Positions 31,986 to 43,295 of a stretch of DNA of 64,000 nt are shown here, one piece after another. Source of the stretch: an uncultured Planctomycetaceae bacterium (GTDB lineage: Bacteria > Planctomycetota > Planctomycetia > Pirellulales > PALSA-1355); assembly GCA_963785305.1 (NCBI GenBank), contig CAWAUV010000008.1, positions 512,001 through 576,000 of the forward strand. The letters are read 5' to 3'. The position numbers were made by a program, and so were the translations under genes. The notes under the pieces are model-generated. The model saw only the letters and a list, made by a program, of their open reading frames with translations, did not search any database and was not told where the DNA came from. Every line of letters starts with the position of its first letter. The stretch's first letter is position 1.

Positions 31986-32962
31986 CTATTTCTTGGCGTC
32001 GTCGGCCGCCTTCTTGGCCTCTTCGGCCACCTTCTTTTTCGCTTCTTCGATCACCTTGTCGGCTTTGTGCTTCTCCACGGCGGCCAGGGCCTTCAGGTCT
32101 TGGGCCGACGAATATTCCGGGTTCGGCGTGGCGTCGCCTGGCTCGAGTCCGGCGATCCACTTAATGGCCCCCACGAGCGAGGCTTGGTAGGTGGGGTTCG
32201 TCCACACATCTTCACGATGCCCCAGGCTCATGTGGCATACGCGGCCTTCGCCATAGTTCTTCACCCAAGCGATGGGCACGATCTCGGGCTTGGCCCGCTT
32301 GACATATTGGTCGGGCAGCGAGGTCTTGTCGAGGTCGAGACTCATGAGCACATGCACTTTTTCGGGCTGCCAGTGCTTGAAGCAATAGATTTCATCTTGG
32401 ATCGTGAATTCCTTGCCCCAAGGCTTCGAGACCGGATGCTCGGTGTCATGCACCGATACCGTGACCGTGGAGCCGGAGCCCCAGGGATGGCCGTCGAAGG
32501 TGCCGCCGAGCATTTCCCAATAGGGCTCGTAGTTGTGGTAGGTGTCGGCGGCCGAATGCGTGCCGATGAATCCGTGGCCCTTTTGCTTGACCCATTCCTG
32601 AAACAGATAGTCGCGCACATCGTCCTTGATCGGCAAGTTGCCGGTGGTGTAGAAGAACATGATGTCGTGGTTATCGACCGCTTCGCGCGTCAGGTCGTTG
32701 GCCACGTCTTGGGTCGTGTCGACGGTGAACAGTCCGGTCGAGGCCGCCAGATCGGTCAGCACCTGTTCCGAGAGGCAAGGCTTGCCGTCTTTGCGCGTCA
32801 CGGGGCCATGCTTGAAGCCGTGCTTTGCGTGACCATCAATACGCGAATCTTCTTGGCGCCGGCGGCCGGCGCGGCGCTATCGGCGGCTTGGGTCGCGGCC
32901 ACATCGAAAAACGCCATGGCGCCGAGCAGCCACGCGCCGAACACTGCAAAACGGACTTTCAC
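31986..32962 (-). CDS. Secreted ThuA-domain protein; frameshift near 32810
   Basis: GTG start with AAGGAG RBS, signal peptide, RVLMVTQS, FYTTG, GTHSAADT, FDGHPW, DEIY, GRV..SLGH. Confidence 0.85.
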
Positions 32963-33139
32963 GGAGAACTCCTTTGGGCGGAAACAGGCGGGATTGAGCG
33001 AGGCCGCGCCGGCGCCACCGGAGCGAATGCCTCCATTCAAACATCCCGGCGACCCCCATGCAACGGTTTTACGGGGATCGCCAAACACCAATTCCAGCCC
33101 CGCCACGCCAGCCCAAAGCACAACCCATCGCCCACGGGG

Positions 33140-34548
33140 TTACCGGTAGTCGGCGCCGTCGAGGCCGTGGTTCTTCATCAGCCGGTAGAGCGTGCCCCTC
33201 GGCAGCCGCGCTTCGGCCGCCGCCGCCTTCACATCGCCCCGATGCCGGCCCAGCAGTTCATGGAGATATTGCCGCTCGAAACGGGCCACATGCTGCGCGC
33301 GGGCCTGAAAATACCCGCCCAAGGCCGAGGGATCGCTCGCCCGCGGACCGTCGGGCGAGGTCTGGCCCGCCGCGGTCACCACTTCATCCGGCAGGTCGTC
33401 GAGCGAGATCATGCCCGACTGACAAAGCGCGATCGCCCGGCGAATCACATTTTGCAGCTCGCGCACATTGCCCGGCCACGCATAGTGGATGAGCACTTGA
33501 TAGGCTTCGGGCGTGATGCCGCGCACATGGCGCCCCATCTCGCGGCTGTAGCGATTTGCCAGATACTCGGCCAACAGACCGATGTCATCGCCCCGCTTGC
33601 GCAAGGGCGGGAGCTCGATCCGCACCACGTTGATTCGGTAGTACAAATCTTGGCGGAACTGCTCCTTGCGGATCATGTCGTCGAGTGAGCGGGCCGTGGC
33701 GGCGACGATTCGCACATCGACCTCGATCTCCTCGCGTCCGCCCACCCGGCGAATCTTCGCTCTTGCAGGGTGCGGAGCAGCTTGGCTTGCAAGAGCGGCG
33801 GCAGCTCGCCGAGTTCGTCGAGAAAAAAAGTGCCATGGTCGGCGAACTCTAGGAGCCCGATCCGCCGGCCCTCGGCGCCGGTGAACGCTCCCTTTTCGTA
33901 GCCGAAGAATTCGCTTTCCAGCAGGGTCTCGGGAATCGCCCCGCAGTCGACCGGCACGAACGGCCGCGCCGCGCGGCGGCTGCGACCATGAATGCTGCGG
34001 GCAATCAGCTCCTTGCCAGTGCCGGTCTCGCCGACGATCAGCACATCGACATCGGAGCTCGCCACCTGGGCGATCGTGTCGAATACTTTTCGCATCGCCG
34101 GGCAGCCGCCGATAATGTCATCGAACTTATACGGCTGCTCGATCTGGCGCCGGAGCAAATCGTATTCCGCGACCCGGCGGCGCTCTTCGAGCAACCGCTG
34201 AGCGCTGGCGGCCAATTGCTCGGGCGCTTGTTCGGCGCCGAAGTAATCGCTGGCGCCGAGGCGCTGGCTGGCGGCCGAGGCTTCAAGGCTCCGCGTGGGC
34301 CCGACCACGATCACCGGCAGCGGCCCGGCGCCATTGCGCGAGGCCTCGAGCGCCGCGATCGCGCGCTCGTCGGTCGGCTCGAGGGCCACCACGATCAGAT
34401 CGTAGGAATGCTCTTTAAGCAGCGCGGCGGGCGAGGCCTCGGGCGGCGCGAAGACGATCTTGGCCGACTCCAGCCCGGCGAAAGCCCGGCGAAAAGGCTC
34501 ATGGTCGGACGAGTCGGGATCGTAGACCAGGATGCGCCTTGCGCTCAT
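33140..34548 (-). CDS. Sigma-54-dependent response regulator (NtrC-like, degenerate receiver); frameshift near 33750
   Basis: [34 protein letters not shown]. Confidence 0.88.
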
Positions 34549-34841
34549 GGCGGAAATCTTTCGACAGGGGCCACCGACGTGCGCGAGCCGAGCGCGGACG
34601 ATCGATGCGCGGCCGCTCGACGCGGGGGCAGCGACAGTCGGGCTCGGCGCGTACGACTGCGCTCGTGCTTTGGACCTCGGAAGTCGTGGAGCCAGTCCGC
34701 CTGGACATTGTTGCGTCTCAGCAATCAGCTTGGGCGAACGGAGCGCCGCAGTCAACGGTCTGGCGGCGAGAATTCCGCCCCGTCTGGCCTCGCGCTCGGC
34801 CTTCGCTGGCCAAGCGCCGACCGGCGTCGAGCGTTTCGAGT

Positions 34842-35212
34842 TCAGCCGCCGCCGCGGTGCGCCATGGCCTCCCGAACCTCGGGCAGCGGATAGTCGATGA
34901 TCGGCAACGCGAGGGACGCCATTTCCCGCAGCCGCAGATAGCCGCGACTGACGAGCGATTCGCGGTCACGGACAAACGCCTCGTCGAGCGACCGCTTGTC
35001 AAACGGCCCTTCGCAAACGACCGGCGTGAACCCCTCGACGACGACAAACTGGGCGAGCGCCGGATTGCAGGTGATATGCCGCTCGCGCGCCGTGTGCAAC
35101 ACCTCGGGATCGACGAGCCCGGTGACATATGCAAGTAAAGATCGCTGTCGGTAATCGCCTCGACATCGCGCCCGCAGACTTCGCAGAGATAACCTTCCTC
35201 GCATTTGGCCAT
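34842..35212 (-). CDS. Conserved-looking Cys-rich hypothetical protein; frameshift near 35130
   Basis: [19 protein letters not shown] joined to [27 protein letters not shown]. Confidence 0.65.
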
Positions 35213-35299
35213 TTGATTTAAACTCGTTGAAGCGACCGCATCAAAAAGGGCGCGGACGCGTTTCCAACGCAACCTCGCGCCGAAAGCTTCGATGACCGA

Positions 35300-35866
35300 T
35301 CACACATCATCTTGGGCCACGCGTCTGATGCCTTCGATCAAATTACGAAAGCTCCGCGACCGCTCGTTAGCTAAGTCGAGATGCGGGGCAATGGTGCGCG
35401 AGCCGAGAATTTTTTGGTAGCGGCCTTGCGTTAGAGCGTCGAGTTCACGAGAGGGCGACTGGAGAGCATCGGGATCGCGACATTTCGCTCGCCGTTGTTT
35501 CGCGGCCAACCCCCGAATTCCGAGACCGCGTTCGACGGCCGCTAAGTCCGCGAGGTAGAAGCTTTCGAGTTCGCGGCATGCGATGCGGATCAAGGTTCGC
35601 GATATTTTCGACTGAGAGCATAATCTAGCCAATCGGCGTTTAACGGCCTTGCAATCCGGATGCGCGACTTGGTCGCGCACTATCACGAAGAACGCATCCG
35701 GATTGCAATAACCCTTCAGGCGACGAACCAAGTTCTTTTCGAGGTCTTGCTTGCCTTCGAATGCTATGTATTTCACCGGTGTTTCCGTCACGAAAATGCG
35801 AGGCACGACGCCTTTAAGCATCTCGGCCGCCGAGGACTCCTCCAAAAGGAACACCAGCTCTTTCAT
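35300..35866 (-). CDS. DUF4276 family protein
   Basis: MKELVFLLEESSA, FEGKQDLEK, RIACRELESFYLADL, SRSF; ATGA overlap with the upstream ATPase. Confidence 0.85.
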   Translation of the reverse strand: MKELVFLLEESSAAEMLKGVVPRIFVTETPVKYIAFEGKQDLEKNLVRRLKGYCNPDAFFVIVRDQVAHPDCKAVKRRLARLCSQSKISRTLIRIACRELESFYLADLAAVERGLGIRGLAAKQRRAKCRDPDALQSPSRELDALTQGRYQKILGSRTIAPHLDLANERSRSFRNLIEGIRRVAQDDV

Positions 35867-37052
35867 CGCGGGTCGGCTCCGGCGAAGAAGCCCTGCTTCC
35901 ATAGGTATCCCATTCGGTCTCCCTCGGCCATGTATTTGGAAATCTGCATGTTGTCCTGGTGCGACAAACCTCGGTGTATCCATTCCTCTTGACGAGCCAA
36001 AACACTTCCTCGAGTTTGCATGCGTTGAGAAAGTCGGGCGAATGGGTCGAGCAAAACACCTGGCCGCCGCGGTTCGCATACATCCGAAACTTCTCGGCCA
36101 ACTCGCTCATCAACGTTGGATAGAGCTGGTTCTCCGGTTCTTCGATGCACAGGAGCGGATGCGGCGCCGGATCGTGGAGCAAGACCAGGTAAGCAAACAT
36201 CTTGATCGTGCCGTCGGAAACATAGCGATCGAGAAATGGCTTCGCGAGCGATCCGTCTTTGAAACGCAATGTCAGATATCCATCGTCCGTCAAATGAGGC
36301 TCGACGTCTTTCATTCCTGGAACGCGATCGACCATCGTTTTGAGGATGCGGTCGAAGACCTTGCGATGGTTTTCGTAAAGATAACGTACTACCCGCGGCA
36401 GATTGTCGCCCGTTTCGGACAGATGCTCCGATTCGCCGGCGACTTCCTTTCGGCCCCGCGCGGCTTCGATGTGAAAATCCGAGACGTGCCATTCCTCGAT
36501 GAGCCGGCGAACGGCATTGGCCGCCTTGAATCGGTCGAACTGGCCAAGTCCTTTGATCGCGAGAATGTCGGCGGCAACGCCCTGCTCTTCTCGGGTCAGT
36601 TCCTCGTCGCTCTTGTTGAAATCTTCTTCGTTGGTAATGGCGTAACCGTGGCCATCCTTGAAGTCAAGGAAGTGAAACGGACTGCCGTGGCGCCCTCGCT
36701 TGTAACGAAGTATCTCGCGTTTGACGACCGGAGCGCCCTTGCGTTCGCCGATTTCAAGGCTGTAGGTGATCAAACGGTTGATGCCGACGATCTCCATTCG
36801 GCATTGAAGTTCGATAAGAATCGTGTCGTCGTTCGAATCGCGACTGCGCACTTCTTGGAACCGGCCGCGAGCGTCGAGCGCCTGGCGCACATTGCCATTG
36901 AAGCAGTCATGCAAGAATCTGAAAACGTCGAACAACGTCGATTTGCCGGAGCCGTTGGCGCCCACGACCACGCCGAAATTCGGAATGTCGCGGATCGTGA
37001 CATCGCGGAACGCCTTGAAATTCTTGAGTCGAATCGATTCGATTTTCATCAC
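35863..37052 (-). CDS. AAA_21/ABC-type ATPase; frameshift near 35960
   Basis: LKNFKAF, GANGSGKS, SDGT, IEEPENQLYP, STHSPDFL. Confidence 0.9.
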
Positions 37053-37092
37053 GATTTTCCGAATGAATTTGCCGAGGCCAAGCAGGCGGGTC

Positions 37093-37917
37093 TCAAAACC
37101 CCAGCACGGCCGGCATTCCGTAGAGGCCCGGCGGTTTGCCGGCCAGGAATTTGGCGGCCATCAGGGCGCCGTGGGCGTAGCAGTCGCGGTTCGTCGCCCG
37201 CACCGTGAGCTCGAAACTCTCGCCCAAAAGGCCGAAGGCGATGGTGTGTTCGCCCGGGTTGTCGCCCACGCGGAGGGCGTGGTAGCCGATCTCGCCATGC
37301 GGGCGCTGGCCGGTGCGGCCGTGGCGACCGTGGCGCGACTGGGTTTGGCCCATCGCCTCGGCCACGATCTGGCCGAATTTCAGCGCCGTGCCGCTCGGAG
37401 CGTCTTCCTTGAAGCGATGATGCCGCTCGATGATCTCGACATCGGCCCCGGTCGGATGGTCCTTGAGCGACTTGGCCGCCAACTCCGTGAGCTTCATCAC
37501 GAGGTTCACCGCCGGACTCATGCTCGGAGACCACAGCAGCGGAATCTTCTCGGCGGCGGCGCGCGCGGCGGCTTGCTCCGCGGGCTCGAGCCCGGTGGTG
37601 GCCAACACCAATGGCAGGCGATGCTCCACGCAACTCGCCAGCGAAGCCTTGGTTCCGGCGGGCGTCGAGAAATCGATCACCACATCGACCGGCGAATTGG
37701 CGGGCTGGCCTTCGAACAGCGGCGCGAGCGACGCCGTGATCGGCACGCCTTGCGGCGCCACGCCGGCCACGACTCCGGCGTTGTCGCCCAGGCGCGAATG
37801 GCCGGCATGCTCGATCGCGGCCACGAGTTTCAAATCCGCATCAGCGCTGGCGAGCGCCACCAGCCGCTGACCCATGCGCCCGGCGGCGCCCACGATCGCA
37901 AGACGAATCACCGACAT
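37093..37917 (-). CDS. dapB: 4-hydroxy-tetrahydrodipicolinate reductase
   Basis: GAAGRMG, IDFS, ATTG, ERHHRFKEDAPSGTA, GEH. Confidence 0.95.
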   Translation of the reverse strand: MSVIRLAIVGAAGRMGQRLVALASADADLKLVAAIEHAGHSRLGDNAGVVAGVAPQGVPITASLAPLFEGQPANSPVDVVIDFSTPAGTKASLASCVEHRLPLVLATTGLEPAEQAAARAAAEKIPLLWSPSMSPAVNLVMKLTELAAKSLKDHPTGADVEIIERHHRFKEDAPSGTALKFGQIVAEAMGQTQSRHGRHGRTGQRPHGEIGYHALRVGDNPGEHTIAFGLLGESFELTVRATNRDCYAHGALMAAKFLAGKPPGLYGMPAVLGF

Positions 37918-37956
37918 CGCCGTCGCTTTCCTTCCTGAAGGGGATCGCATCGGGCG

Positions 37957-39351
37957 TCAGCTATAGAGCTGAATCGCCTGCACGATTTCGTCGAGATTGT
38001 TGCCCACGGCGACGCTGCGATTGGCAAACGAGGCCCGCTTCACGCCGCGGCTGCCGAGCACTTCGTTGAACTGCTTCTGATCGGTCGTGTGGTAGGCGAC
38101 CGTGGCCGTGGGGTCTTTGAGTTGATGGCCGGTCAGAATGCACACGACCTCTTCCTCCGAGTCGATCACGCCTTCGGCGACAAGGTTCTTTGCCCCGGCC
38201 ACGCTCGCCGCGCTCGCCGGCTCGCAGCCAATGCCGCCGGCGCCCACTTGGGCCTTGGCGTCGAGAATTTCTTGATCGCTCACCTCGCGCACCACGCCGT
38301 TGCAAAAATCGAGCGCCCTGAGACATTTCTCCAAATTCACCGGCCGATTGATTTCGATGGCGCTGGCAATGGTCGAGGCCCGGCGCTTCGTGGCGTCGAG
38401 CTCCTGGTAATAGTCAACCGAAAGGGTCGAGCGCGTGTTCCAGCGAAGCCCGCGCCGGGTATGCAGTTCATGCAGCGTGCTCGCGCCGGCGGCGTTGATC
38501 ACGGCCAGCCGCGGCACGCGCTCGATCAGCCCCAGCTTCTTGAGCTCCATGAACGCCTTGCCAAACGCGCTCGAGTTGCCGAGGTTGCCGCCCGGCACCA
38601 CGATCCAATCGGGCACGCGCGAACGGAGCGCCTCGAGCACCCGATACATGATCGTCTTCTGCCCTTCGAGCCGAAACGGATTCACGCTGTTCACCAGATA
38701 GATGCCGAGCTGCTTCGACACTTCTTGCACCCGGGCCATGGCGTCGTCGAAGTCGCCGGCGATTTGCAGCGTGAGCGCGCCATAGTCGAGGGCTTGGGAG
38801 AGTTTTCCATACGAGATTTTTCCGGAGCCGATAAAGATCATCGCCCGCATGAGCCGCGACACCGCGCAGTACAGCGCCAAGCTGGCGCTGGTGTTGCCGG
38901 TCGAGGCGCAGGCGGCGCGTTTGGCGCCGATGGCATGCGCGTGGGTAAACGCGGCCGACATGCCGTTGTCCTTGAAGCTGCCCGAGGGGTTCATGCCTTC
39001 GTATTGCAGATAGAGCCGACCGGGCTGGCTGCCGACATATTTCGCCACGCCGATCGACGGTTGCAAGAGCGTCTGCCCTTCGCCGATGGTGACAATCTGC
39101 TCGGGCCGGGCAAACGGCAGCAGATCGCGAAACCGCCACACTCCGCTGAAGCAGAGCGGGTCGTAGCGCCGCGACCACTTGGTTTCGAAGTAATCGAGCG
39201 AACGGGGCGGCTCGGCGCGGTCCCAGTCGTAGTCGATGTCGAGCAGGCTGCCGCAAGTCTTGCAGGCCGTGAGCGCTTCTTCCACTCCGAAGGTGGCGCC
39301 GCATGCCGACGAAATGCATTTCTGAAAAGCGACTTCCTTGAAGCTTGGCAT
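37957..39351 (-). CDS. thrC: Threonine synthase
   Basis: [53 protein letters not shown]. Confidence 0.93.
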   Translation of the reverse strand: MPSFKEVAFQKCISSACGATFGVEEALTACKTCGSLLDIDYDWDRAEPPRSLDYFETKWSRRYDPLCFSGVWRFRDLLPFARPEQIVTIGEGQTLLQPSIGVAKYVGSQPGRLYLQYEGMNPSGSFKDNGMSAAFTHAHAIGAKRAACASTGNTSASLALYCAVSRLMRAMIFIGSGKISYGKLSQALDYGALTLQIAGDFDDAMARVQEVSKQLGIYLVNSVNPFRLEGQKTIMYRVLEALRSRVPDWIVVPGGNLGNSSAFGKAFMELKKLGLIERVPRLAVINAAGASTLHELHTRRGLRWNTRSTLSVDYYQELDATKRRASTIASAIEINRPVNLEKCLRALDFCNGVVREVSDQEILDAKAQVGAGGIGCEPASAASVAGAKNLVAEGVIDSEEEVVCILTGHQLKDPTATVAYHTTDQKQFNEVLGSRGVKRASFANRSVAVGNNLDEIVQAIQLYS

Positions 39352-39569
39352 GGCGCGACGAGCCGAAAAACGAGAAGCGAAAATGTTCCGAAAAACCGCC
39401 CCTGGCGGCAAGCAACATAGCAGGCGATGCGTCTCGCCAGGCGATGGCGGAAGTCGCCGGGCGGCGGGCACACGATGCCCCGCGTGGGGCATTCCCGCGG
39501 CGGCCCAGGCGATGCATGTAAAATGTAACTAGATAGCGACTTGCGGGCAACTGGCATCACGAGCCTCGT

Positions 39570-39625
39570 TGTCATGCGCCAATAGAAATGTCCCCATCGG
39601 CGTTCATTGGAAATGTCCCCATGCG
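39570..39625 (+). mobile_element. Possible orphan IS end (TGT followed by two GAAATGTCCCCAT boxes)
   Basis: TGTCATGCGCCAATAGAAATGTCCCCAT...GAAATGTCCCCAT, boxes at 39585 and 39610; no transposase follows. Confidence 0.45.
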
Positions 39626-39822
39626 TCCAGCCTCGACGGAGGGGACCGAGACACGGGCACGAACGATGAAGGCCGAGGAGTTGCGCCGCGAGTAAGGCGC
39701 CGAGGAAATGTCGGCTTTGTAGTTTCTTCCCAAGCGCAGCGCGCGGGCCAAAATATCCGCCCGCGATCTAACCCCGAGCCGGCTCGATCTTTAGAGGTAA
39801 TCGCCTCGCCGTCCGGTCGGTT

Positions 39823-39838
39823 TGGCATGCGGGATGCA
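39823..39838 (+). promoter_or_regulatory. Putative sigma-54 promoter upstream of csrA
   Basis: TGGCATGCGGGATGCA, GG-N10-GC. Confidence 0.5.
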
Positions 39839-40101
39839 ATTGATGCCTCTCGGAAACACCCCGGGCGGGCTGGCCCGCTCCGATGCTCGCCGCCCGAGCT
39901 ACCGCCTGATATTCACTCAGGCCTTGATCGCTCGGGCGGCGGCGACGCGAAGACCGGCCCAAGGGGGCCGCCCGGTGGTTTTTCTTGACTCGCCACGATT
40001 CCTAATTCGCGAGCGAGCCCATTCACCTCACTGCTTCACTTCATCACTTGCCGGGCCGTCCATCCCGAGGTCCGGGCCACTCGAAACAAAGGATTGTCGC
40101 C

Positions 40102-40692
40102 ATGCTCGTGCTCAGCCGCAAAGCCGAACAAAAAATTCAAATCGGAACCGATATCACGATCACGGTGCTGAAAGTTTCGGGCCGCGGAGTGCGGATCGGC
40201 ATCGAAGCGCCCAGCGGAGTGCGAGTGCTTCGCGCCGAGTTGAAAGAGAAGATCGCCGCCGAAAACAGCGGGGCGCCGGAGACGTCGGCCCTGGCGCCGA
40301 TGTCTCCGGCGGCGCCACGGTCGAAGGCTTCATCGAACTCGCCGCGAGTCGAGAACTTCACCGTCGTGCCGGGGCCGATGCCCAAGGCGCTTCCCACCGC
40401 GCCGCGGACCGCCCCGGGCCCGCGCGAGGAAACAAGACCCGGGAGGAGGAAGCGAGCGTCGACGATGGTCATGCCCATCGAGCGACGCGCGGCGAAGTCC
40501 CGCCGACGCGCCGCGAGGCGCCGCTCTCGCGATCGCCCCGATGCCGTGTTCTGCTCGCGGACGTCAACTCGCCGGGTCGCCACCCGCTGCGAGTCGGACC
40601 GGCATCGGCGGCGGTCATCATGCCCCGCGCCTGGGACGGCGGCTGAGCGGCCCGAGCTTGGCGAGCCCATTGATCGAGATAAGCAACGATGA
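40102..40692 (+). CDS. csrA: Carbon storage regulator CsrA with long low-complexity C-terminal extension (3' end uncertain)
   Basis: MLVLSRKAEQKIQIG..VRIGIEAP..VLRAEL; AAGGA RBS. Confidence 0.85.
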   Translation: MLVLSRKAEQKIQIGTDITITVLKVSGRGVRIGIEAPSGVRVLRAELKEKIAAENSGAPETSALAPMSPAAPRSKASSNSPRVENFTVVPGPMPKALPTAPRTAPGPREETRPGRRKRASTMVMPIERRAAKSRRRAARRRSRDRPDAVFCSRTSTRRVATRCESDRHRRRSSCPAPGTAAERPELGEPIDRDKQR

Positions 40693-40935
40693 ATAACCAA
40701 GGAAAAGCGACATCGCTTCAGGCCATGAATCCACGACGAGACAAGGAGCGCCAAGGCATGGTCGAACGCCTCGCGATTCAATCAATGATTGCCTTGCGAC
40801 TGCTTCGCGGTTTCGTGGCTTCGCGGCTGATAAAGACTTTCATGCAGCGCTTCTTTGGCGGCGAGGAAAATGATCGGGCTCGCGCGGGCAAGAGTATCTG
40901 TCCTCGTCGTTCACGATTCAACGGCAAAACATGCA

Positions 40936-41790
40936 TCACTCGACCGCATGCTGACCAACGAAGAAATGGCGGCTGCGGCGCGGGAAAATGTGCCGGCTCA
41001 CCGGCGCGAAACGATCGAGCTGCGAGAAGTGCATGTAGTGCGTGATCCGCGCCACATCGTCGCCGATTCGGATCAGATTGAAGCTGTTTTTTTCATGTTC
41101 CCGGGCTCGGCCGCGGCGCGAGGTCGAGGTGCCGCACTGCACGATGATAATGCCGCTCGAGCGGTCGGGCCCGGGATGCACGTCGAGCGAGTTGCCGATG
41201 TAGGCGCGATGCAAATGGCCTCCGAGGATCATATCGACTTCCATGCGCGTGAACCGATCGAGCGCTTCGCGCGCTTTTCGCATCACGCCGCCGCCGCTAT
41301 CGTAGTCGGGCGCGGGAGCAAAGTGATGATGCCCGACCACGATCCGCGCCTTGCCCGGACCGGCTTGGCGAAAGGCTTCTTCGCAAAAATCGAGTTGCTC
41401 GCGATGGATGCGGCCGTTCTTGATGCGCCGTATCGGGTCGGTGGTGTTGATCGCCACGATCACGGCGCCCGGCAAATGATGCACCGATTGCAGTTCGCCG
41501 GCGATATATTCCTGATAGAGCGCATAGGGCTGCAAGAATCTTTCACTCACGCGATAGAGCGGAATATCGTGGTTGCCGGGCGTAACCACGAGCGGCCCCG
41601 GCGGCAGCGAATTCAAGAATTCCCGGGCCGCGGCGAACTGCTCCGGCTTGGCCCGCTGGGTAAAGTCGCCGCTGGCCACGATCACATCGGGCCGCAGTTC
41701 ATGGGCCGCCCGCAAGAGCGCCGCGCCGATCGTGGGCACGTAGGCCGGGCCAAAATGAAGATCCGAGATATGCATCAGCGTGAGAAACAT
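40936..41790 (-). CDS. Metallophosphoesterase (calcineurin-like)
   Basis: HISDLHFG, SGDFT, PGNHD, GHHH, GGHLH. Confidence 0.9.
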   Translation of the reverse strand: MFLTLMHISDLHFGPAYVPTIGAALLRAAHELRPDVIVASGDFTQRAKPEQFAAAREFLNSLPPGPLVVTPGNHDIPLYRVSERFLQPYALYQEYIAGELQSVHHLPGAVIVAINTTDPIRRIKNGRIHREQLDFCEEAFRQAGPGKARIVVGHHHFAPAPDYDSGGGVMRKAREALDRFTRMEVDMILGGHLHRAYIGNSLDVHPGPDRSSGIIIVQCGTSTSRRGRAREHEKNSFNLIRIGDDVARITHYMHFSQLDRFAPVSRHIFPRRSRHFFVGQHAVE

Positions 41791-41844
41791 CGTATGGATC
41801 GCACTCGATCGACAGGTTTCGGATGTTCGCGTGTTCGTCCCGAG

Positions 41845-41875
41845 TAGCCTGTTGAATATTTTAACAGGCTGCTAG
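41845..41875. repeat. Minimal family-D palindrome
   Basis: TAGCCTGTTGAATATTTTAACAGGCTGCTAG. Confidence 0.8.
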
Positions 41876-41912
41876 CCACGCTCTGGGCATTGCACGCCGA
41901 CAACGCGCTATC

Positions 41913-42728
41913 TCATTTCCCTGGCGCCAGATCGAATCCGCGGCTTTGGCCGAAGAACCGCATCGGATTGTCATGCACGATGCGACGAATCAAGCTCTCC
42001 GGGTGTCCGCGAAACCGCATCGCCAGGATAAAATCGGGCACGGCCGACGGCTTGCTCGGCCCCCAGTCGGCCGCCGAATTCACCAGGAGTCGCTCGGGCC
42101 CATACTTCTCCACGATGTCGACGGCGCGCTCGGGAGTGCATTTGCTCACGGGGTAAAGCGTCATGCCGGCCCAGTAGCCTTGATCGAGCACGGCGCGCAC
42201 CGTGTGTTCCTCGACATGATCGACCAGTACCCGGCCGTGATCGATTCGCGCGTCGGCTCCGAGCATATCGAGAATCATGCGCGTGCCTTGGTATTTGTCC
42301 TCGAGATGCGGAGTGTGGATGAGGATTTGTTCGTTGGTGCGCATCGCGAGGTCGAGATGTTCGAGAAACACGATCGCTTCGTTCTTCGTGTTTTTATTGA
42401 GCCCGATCTCGCCGATGCCGAGCACGCCGGGCCGGGAGAGAAACTCGGGAATCACGGCGATCACTTCGCGCGAGAGGCTGACATTTTCGGCCTCCTTGGC
42501 GTTGATGCATAGCCATGTGTAGTGCTTGATGTGATATCCGGCGGTGCGCCTCGTTTCGAAATCGGTGAGCTGGCGGAAGTAATCGCGAAAACCATCGACG
42601 CTGCCCCGATCGAACCCGGCCCAAAACGCGGGCTCGCTCACGGCGAGACATCCCATCTTGGCGAGCGTTTCGTAATCATCGGTCACGCGAGAGACCATGT
42701 GGATGTGCGGATCAAGAAAAGCAGTCAT
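41913..42728 (-). CDS. TatD-family hydrolase (EboB-like)
   Basis: DPHIH, GEIG, IHTPH, DH, NSAADW. Confidence 0.85.
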   Translation of the reverse strand: MTAFLDPHIHMVSRVTDDYETLAKMGCLAVSEPAFWAGFDRGSVDGFRDYFRQLTDFETRRTAGYHIKHYTWLCINAKEAENVSLSREVIAVIPEFLSRPGVLGIGEIGLNKNTKNEAIVFLEHLDLAMRTNEQILIHTPHLEDKYQGTRMILDMLGADARIDHGRVLVDHVEEHTVRAVLDQGYWAGMTLYPVSKCTPERAVDIVEKYGPERLLVNSAADWGPSKPSAVPDFILAMRFRGHPESLIRRIVHDNPMRFFGQSRGFDLAPGK

Positions 42729-42800
42729 CGCAATCGGCCTTGGATTTTCCAGAAAATTGAAAGCGTCTCGCCCCGTCGCCCATCACGCCGACGTGGTTCT

Positions 42801-43060
42801 TCATTGCTTCGCCAGCCCAAAACGCTGGCGCCAGTCGGACTCGTAGGCACGGGAAAAAAGCAACTGAATGCGTTCGGCGCGTTCAGGCGCATCGGACTCG
42901 AGAATCGCGAGCGCTTGGCGGATTTTCTCGATCCCGCATCCCCCGCCGCGCCGCCAGCCCGGTCGAGGCGGTCGAACACCGCGGCGATTTGCAGCAACCG
43001 GGCGCGGACTTCCAGAAACTCGCGGTCGAGCACCGCTGGCGCAGTCGTTGGAATCGTCAT
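42801..43060 (-). CDS. Small hypothetical protein; frameshift near 42930
   Basis: VLDREFLEVRARLLQIAAVFDRLDR joined to IRQALAIL..RAERIQLLFSRAY. Confidence 0.6.
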
Positions 43061-43295
43061 GATCGTTCCCCTCGCGGTTGACGCTATGCGATAAAGAAAA
43101 AGCGGCGAGAACCGGTCCGCAACGTATATTTTTTTTGAAACACGGAGATATTTCCCAGGCCGTCGGGCCGCGGCGCAACATCGCTCGCGGGCATGAAACG
43201 CGGCCTAGCGACGCGGCGCGACGCCAGTTGCAGTCTCCGCCAAACATCGACCGAATTCAAGGGCGCGGCGAATCTGCCCATTGCCGCGAATGCCG

